Shown here one piece after another: positions 5,940 through 8,364 of a stretch of 8,364 nt of DNA. The DNA lies in assembly GCA_030649345.1 (NCBI GenBank), contig JAUSKK010000025.1, positions 1 through 8,364 on the forward strand, in the 5' to 3' direction. Each line of letters opens with the position of its first letter. The first letter of the stretch is position 1. Origin of the DNA: Candidatus Iainarchaeum sp. (lineage in GTDB: Archaea; Iainarchaeota; Iainarchaeia; Iainarchaeales; 0-14-0-20-34-12). The notes below the pieces were generated by a model that was not told where the DNA came from, did no database searches, and saw only the letters and a program-made list of their open reading frames with translations. The translations under genes and the position numbers were made by a program.

Positions 5940-5992
5940 TTTTTTTATTCCAAAAGTTTTGTCCAAGAAATTGAAGTGCCTTTTCTTGGACA
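5940..5992. terminator. Oligo-T tract plus hairpin between the convergent tRNA and ABC operon
   Basis: A T7 run (5940-5946) lies 7 nt after the tRNA 3' end. Then comes a perfect 10-bp inverted repeat, GTCCAAGAAA (5961-5970)/TTTCTTGGAC (5982-5991), with an 11-nt loop. It is extendable by T5960:A5992. On the minus strand a T6 run (complement of 6001-6006) precedes the same hairpin after the ATPase stop at 6022. Confidence 0.5.
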
Positions 5993-6021
5993 GCCAAATT
6001 AAAAAATTGAATTTTTATTTT

Positions 6022-6666
6022 TTAACCCAAATTATTGGAGTTTTTAAGTTTTCCTTTTTCTAAAATAAAAATTTGATTTGATATTCGTTTTGCAAATTCT
6101 GGGTCATGGGTGACTGTAATCATGGTCTGGCCTTGTTGAGCTAAGTTTAGAATTGTTTTTTCTACTTCTTTTTTCCATCCTGAATCCAATGCAGAAGTTA
6201 CTTCGTCCAATAATAAGACTTCGGGTTTCATGATCATTGCTCGGGCAATGGCAATTCGTTGTTTTTCTCCTCCAGACAATGTGATTCGGTGTGCATACGC
6301 TTTGTCTGTTAATCCAACTTTTTTTAGCCATTGAAATGCAATTTCTTCAGCTTCTCGTTTAGATAATTTATCTGCTAAAATAGGTGCTTGAATCAAATTT
6401 TCGAGAACTGTTTTATGTGGCCAAAGATGTAATTCTTGGAATACAATCCCGACTTTTTTGGATGGTGCATTCATTTTCTTTCCGTTTAAAAAAACAGTTC
6501 CTTCGGTGGCTTTGGTTAAGCCAGCCATAATTCTTAAAAGCGTTGTTTTTCCAAGTCCGCTTTTTCCTAAAATGGAGATTACTTCTCCTTTTTTTACTAA
6601 AAGATTTATGTTTTTAAATAATGTATTTTGTTGAAATTGTTTGGACACATTTTTTAATTCAAACAT
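6022..6666 (-). CDS. Polar amino-acid ABC transporter, ATP-binding protein
   Basis: 214 aa. Walker A GKSGLGKTT, Q-loop VFQE, signature LSGGEKQRIAIARA, Walker B LLLDEVTSALD, H-loop VTHD. SD-like GAGGG lies 5 nt upstream of the ATG. The start overlaps the permease stop by 8 nt (ATGTTTGA), which suggests translational coupling. Confidence 0.9.
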   Translation of the reverse strand: MFELKNVSKQFQQNTLFKNINLLVKKGEVISILGKSGLGKTTLLRIMAGLTKATEGTVFLNGKKMNAPSKKVGIVFQELHLWPHKTVLENLIQAPILADKLSKREAEEIAFQWLKKVGLTDKAYAHRITLSGGEKQRIAIARAMIMKPEVLLLDEVTSALDSGWKKEVEKTILNLAQQGQTMITVTHDPEFAKRISNQIFILEKGKLKNSNNLG

Positions 6667-7351
6667 GAATTCCCTCAGCTAAATCAGTGCTTTGTCTGTA
6701 TTTGGAAAATTTTTGTTCGATTTTTTTTGAAAAATATGTTAACGGGAAAAGAAGCACAAAAAATAGAATACCTAAAGTTGTGTAAATTTCCAGTGGTCTA
6801 TAGGTTTGGCTAATTAATATTTGGCTTAAATGCAAAAGTTCGTTGGCGGCAATAATGGTTGCCAAAGTTGTATTTTTGATTTGTTCAATATAATTTCCAA
6901 TTAATGGAGCTAATACTATTAAGAATGCTTGAGGTAAAATAATTTGAAAAAATACTTGAATTCTATTTAATCCCAAACAATAAGCTGCTTCTATTTCTCC
7001 TTGAGGTATGGCATCAAATCCTGATTTGAATGTTTCAGCAATAAATGCAGAGCCTGCCAAAGTTAATACAATGCTGGCTATCCAAAATGCATCCAATCCA
7101 AAACCAGTTATCAAAGGCAATGCATAAAAAAACCAAACCAATAAAACTAAGATTGGCATGATCCTAAAAAAATCAATCCATGCACTGGCTGGAGTTGAAA
7201 AGTATTTTGTTTTCGATCTTTTGGCTAAAGCTAATAAAATTCCCAGGACTGTTCCTAAAAAGATTGTAATCACTGAAAGAAAAAAAGTAGTGATCAAGCC
7301 GTTTAAAAAAACAGGCCAATGCATCACAACTATTCCGAAATCAAAATTCAT
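6659..7351 (-). CDS. Polar amino-acid ABC transporter permease (HisM/GlnP-type)
   Basis: 230 aa with about 5 TM segments. The EAA-loop region is IPQGEIEAAYCLGLNRIQVFFQIILPQA. It sits between the binding-protein and ATPase genes. Confidence 0.9.
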   Translation of the reverse strand: MNFDFGIVVMHWPVFLNGLITTFFLSVITIFLGTVLGILLALAKRSKTKYFSTPASAWIDFFRIMPILVLLVWFFYALPLITGFGLDAFWIASIVLTLAGSAFIAETFKSGFDAIPQGEIEAAYCLGLNRIQVFFQIILPQAFLIVLAPLIGNYIEQIKNTTLATIIAANELLHLSQILISQTYRPLEIYTTLGILFFVLLFPLTYFSKKIEQKFSKYRQSTDLAEGIHV

Positions 7352-7353
7352 AT

Positions 7354-8199
7354 TTATCTGCTGGGTTTTTCAATATCTAAATCGTATTTTGCATACAAAG
7401 TATCCAGTTCTCCGCTGGTGACAATCACATTGATTGCATTGTCCAAAAAATTTAGCCATTGGGGATCGTTGTTTCTTACAGCAAATGTTAAAGATCTTTT
7501 CAGATATCCTTGAATTAACAGTTTTTTTAGTTCTGGATGCACGCGTACATACTGAGTTACTTCCCAATCATCTCCCAATGCGACATCTACAGTTCCAGAC
7601 AATACTTCTTGAAATGCCAATCCAAAATCAGATGCCGAAATCACTCTAAGTTGGGCTTGAGCAAGATTGGCTTTGGCATATTCGTGCGAGGCTTCTCCGT
7701 CAATTACTGCAATTCTTACATTTGAATTATTTAGTTGTTCAATGGATGAAAACCGGTTGTCTTCTTTTCGTACAACTCCATTGTTTCCAAGATATCCTAA
7801 AGATCGTGTAAAAAATATTTGTCCTTGGGTTCGTTCAATGAGCGGAAATATTCCGGATACGTTTATTTCACAACGCTTGGAAGAAAGATCTATTGCAATA
7901 TGCGCCCAAGTGGACTCAATATAATTGATTTGGGTGACTCCCAATTTTTTCATAATCAATTCAAATGCTTCAACATAGGCCCCGGAAACTTTTCCGGTAG
8001 CTGGATCTAAAATATTAAACGGCGGATAATTAATGTAGCAAGCTGTTATTTTTTTCTCGGAAAGAATTTTGTCAAATACGCTTAATTCTTCTGCATTGGA
8101 TTCATTTCCTTTAATCGTGCCTGTTCCTGTAATTGCGATTAATCCTAAAATTAATGCCAAAATACTTATTCCTGTAACTAACTTATTTTCAAACCCCAA
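7354..8199 (-). CDS. Amino-acid ABC transporter substrate-binding protein (SBP family 3), N-terminally membrane-anchored
   Basis: 281 aa. The N-terminal hydrophobic segment LVTGISILALILGLIAITG has no lipobox Cys, so it is probably a signal anchor. The body resembles family-3 solute-binding proteins (YPPF..., GxxVE block, GIFPLIER, VALGDDW). This is weaker than the ATPase and permease calls and leans on operon context. TTG start at 8199 is preceded by GGAAGGGTGA (complement of 8204-8213). Confidence 0.8.
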   Translation of the reverse strand: MGFENKLVTGISILALILGLIAITGTGTIKGNESNAEELSVFDKILSEKKITACYINYPPFNILDPATGKVSGAYVEAFELIMKKLGVTQINYIESTWAHIAIDLSSKRCEINVSGIFPLIERTQGQIFFTRSLGYLGNNGVVRKEDNRFSSIEQLNNSNVRIAVIDGEASHEYAKANLAQAQLRVISASDFGLAFQEVLSGTVDVALGDDWEVTQYVRVHPELKKLLIQGYLKRSLTFAVRNNDPQWLNFLDNAINVIVTSGELDTLYAKYDLDIEKPSR

Positions 8200-8230
8200 A
8201 ATTTCACCCTTCCTTTTTTCACTAAATAAC

Positions 8231-8251
8231 GTGTATTTGTGTATTAAATAA
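8231..8251. promoter_or_regulatory. Tandem GTGTATT repeats overlapping a candidate TATA box for the ABC operon
   Basis: GTGTATT at 8231-8237 and 8239-8245 (8-nt period). On the minus strand TTATTTAATA (complement of 8242-8251) lies about 47 nt upstream of the TTG start. That would leave a leader of roughly 20 nt carrying the SD. Confidence 0.25.
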
Positions 8252-8285
8252 GTTTTTTATTGATTTTTTTACTTTTTTCAATATA

Positions 8286-8293
8286 TTTATATT
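8286..8293 (+). promoter_or_regulatory. Candidate TATA box for the rightmost (Lrp/AsnC-like) gene
   Basis: TTTATATT is centred about 26 nt upstream of the ATG at 8316, with no SD between them. This fits a leaderless transcript. Confidence 0.3.
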
Positions 8294-8315
8294 GTTTTCT
8301 TGAAATAGTTAAATA

Positions 8316-8364
8316 ATGAGCTTTGAAGGTTTGGATATTAAAGATCGGAAAATATTGCTGGAAT
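8316..8364 (+). CDS. 5' end of a probable Lrp/AsnC-family transcriptional regulator (partial, runs off the right edge)
   Basis: ATG at 8316, then MSFEGLDIKDRKILLE. The LDxxDRKILxxL pattern is the usual N-terminus of the Lrp/AsnC HTH domain. The gene is divergent from an amino-acid transporter operon, a common arrangement. Only 16 codons are visible. Confidence 0.45.
   Translation, partial: MSFEGLDIKDRKILLE

Noticed and set aside
6022-8199. The ABC transporter operon as a candidate unusual system
   Set aside because: It has the standard binding protein-permease-ATPase architecture with all canonical motifs. The ATPase is somewhat short (214 aa) but complete from Walker A to the H-loop. Nothing is unexplained.
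5277-8251. Short ORFs overlapping glyS and the ABC operon (5277..5462, 6104..6331, 7158..7421, 7319..7513, 7370..7567, 7434..7649, 7537..7725, 7667..7924, 7819..8010, 8069..8251)
   Set aside because: All are nested within or antisense to genes with unambiguous family signatures. They are best explained as chance open frames.
1-8364. Window-wide look for CRISPR repeats, IS elements or transposases, integrases, a tRNA-3'-end duplication marking an integrated element, or defence-type gene clusters
   Set aside because: No regularly spaced repeats were found, and no ORF has transposase or integrase hallmarks. I found no second copy of the tRNA 3' half. The only long repeat I could find is the 27-nt pair flanking the TA cassette, which is reported as a finding.

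Overview
AT-rich (about one-third G+C by eye), tightly packed archaeal chromosomal segment, plausibly from a small-genome DPANN-like archaeon. The lineage is inferred from gene content only. Content is mostly housekeeping. On the minus strand sits a C/D-box sRNP operon (Nop5, fibrillarin), followed by a dolichol-kinase-family membrane protein. There is also an archaeal/eukaryotic-type glycyl-tRNA synthetase, an intron-containing tRNA-Thr(CGU) with no encoded CCA, an endonuclease IV-family gene and a DUF457-type membrane hydrolase. A three-gene polar amino-acid ABC importer lies divergent from what looks like the start of an Lrp/AsnC regulator. The only clearly accessory element is a two-gene RHH-antitoxin/RelE-toxin cassette (1600-2165). 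The best observation is that this cassette is bracketed by a 27-nt direct repeat (20 nt perfect; 1511-1537 vs 2167-2193). The repeat duplicates the last codons of the endonuclease IV gene, so the pre-insertion site can be reconstructed. Secondary observations are a Nop5 that seems to lack the fibrillarin-binding N-terminal domain, a 16-nt tRNA intron with only a relaxed bulge-helix-bulge, two perfect hairpins in the nop5-fibrillarin spacer, and candidate operators. I see no CRISPR array, transposase, integrase or large multi-gene system of unknown function. Apart from the TA insertion this is an ordinary core-genome region.
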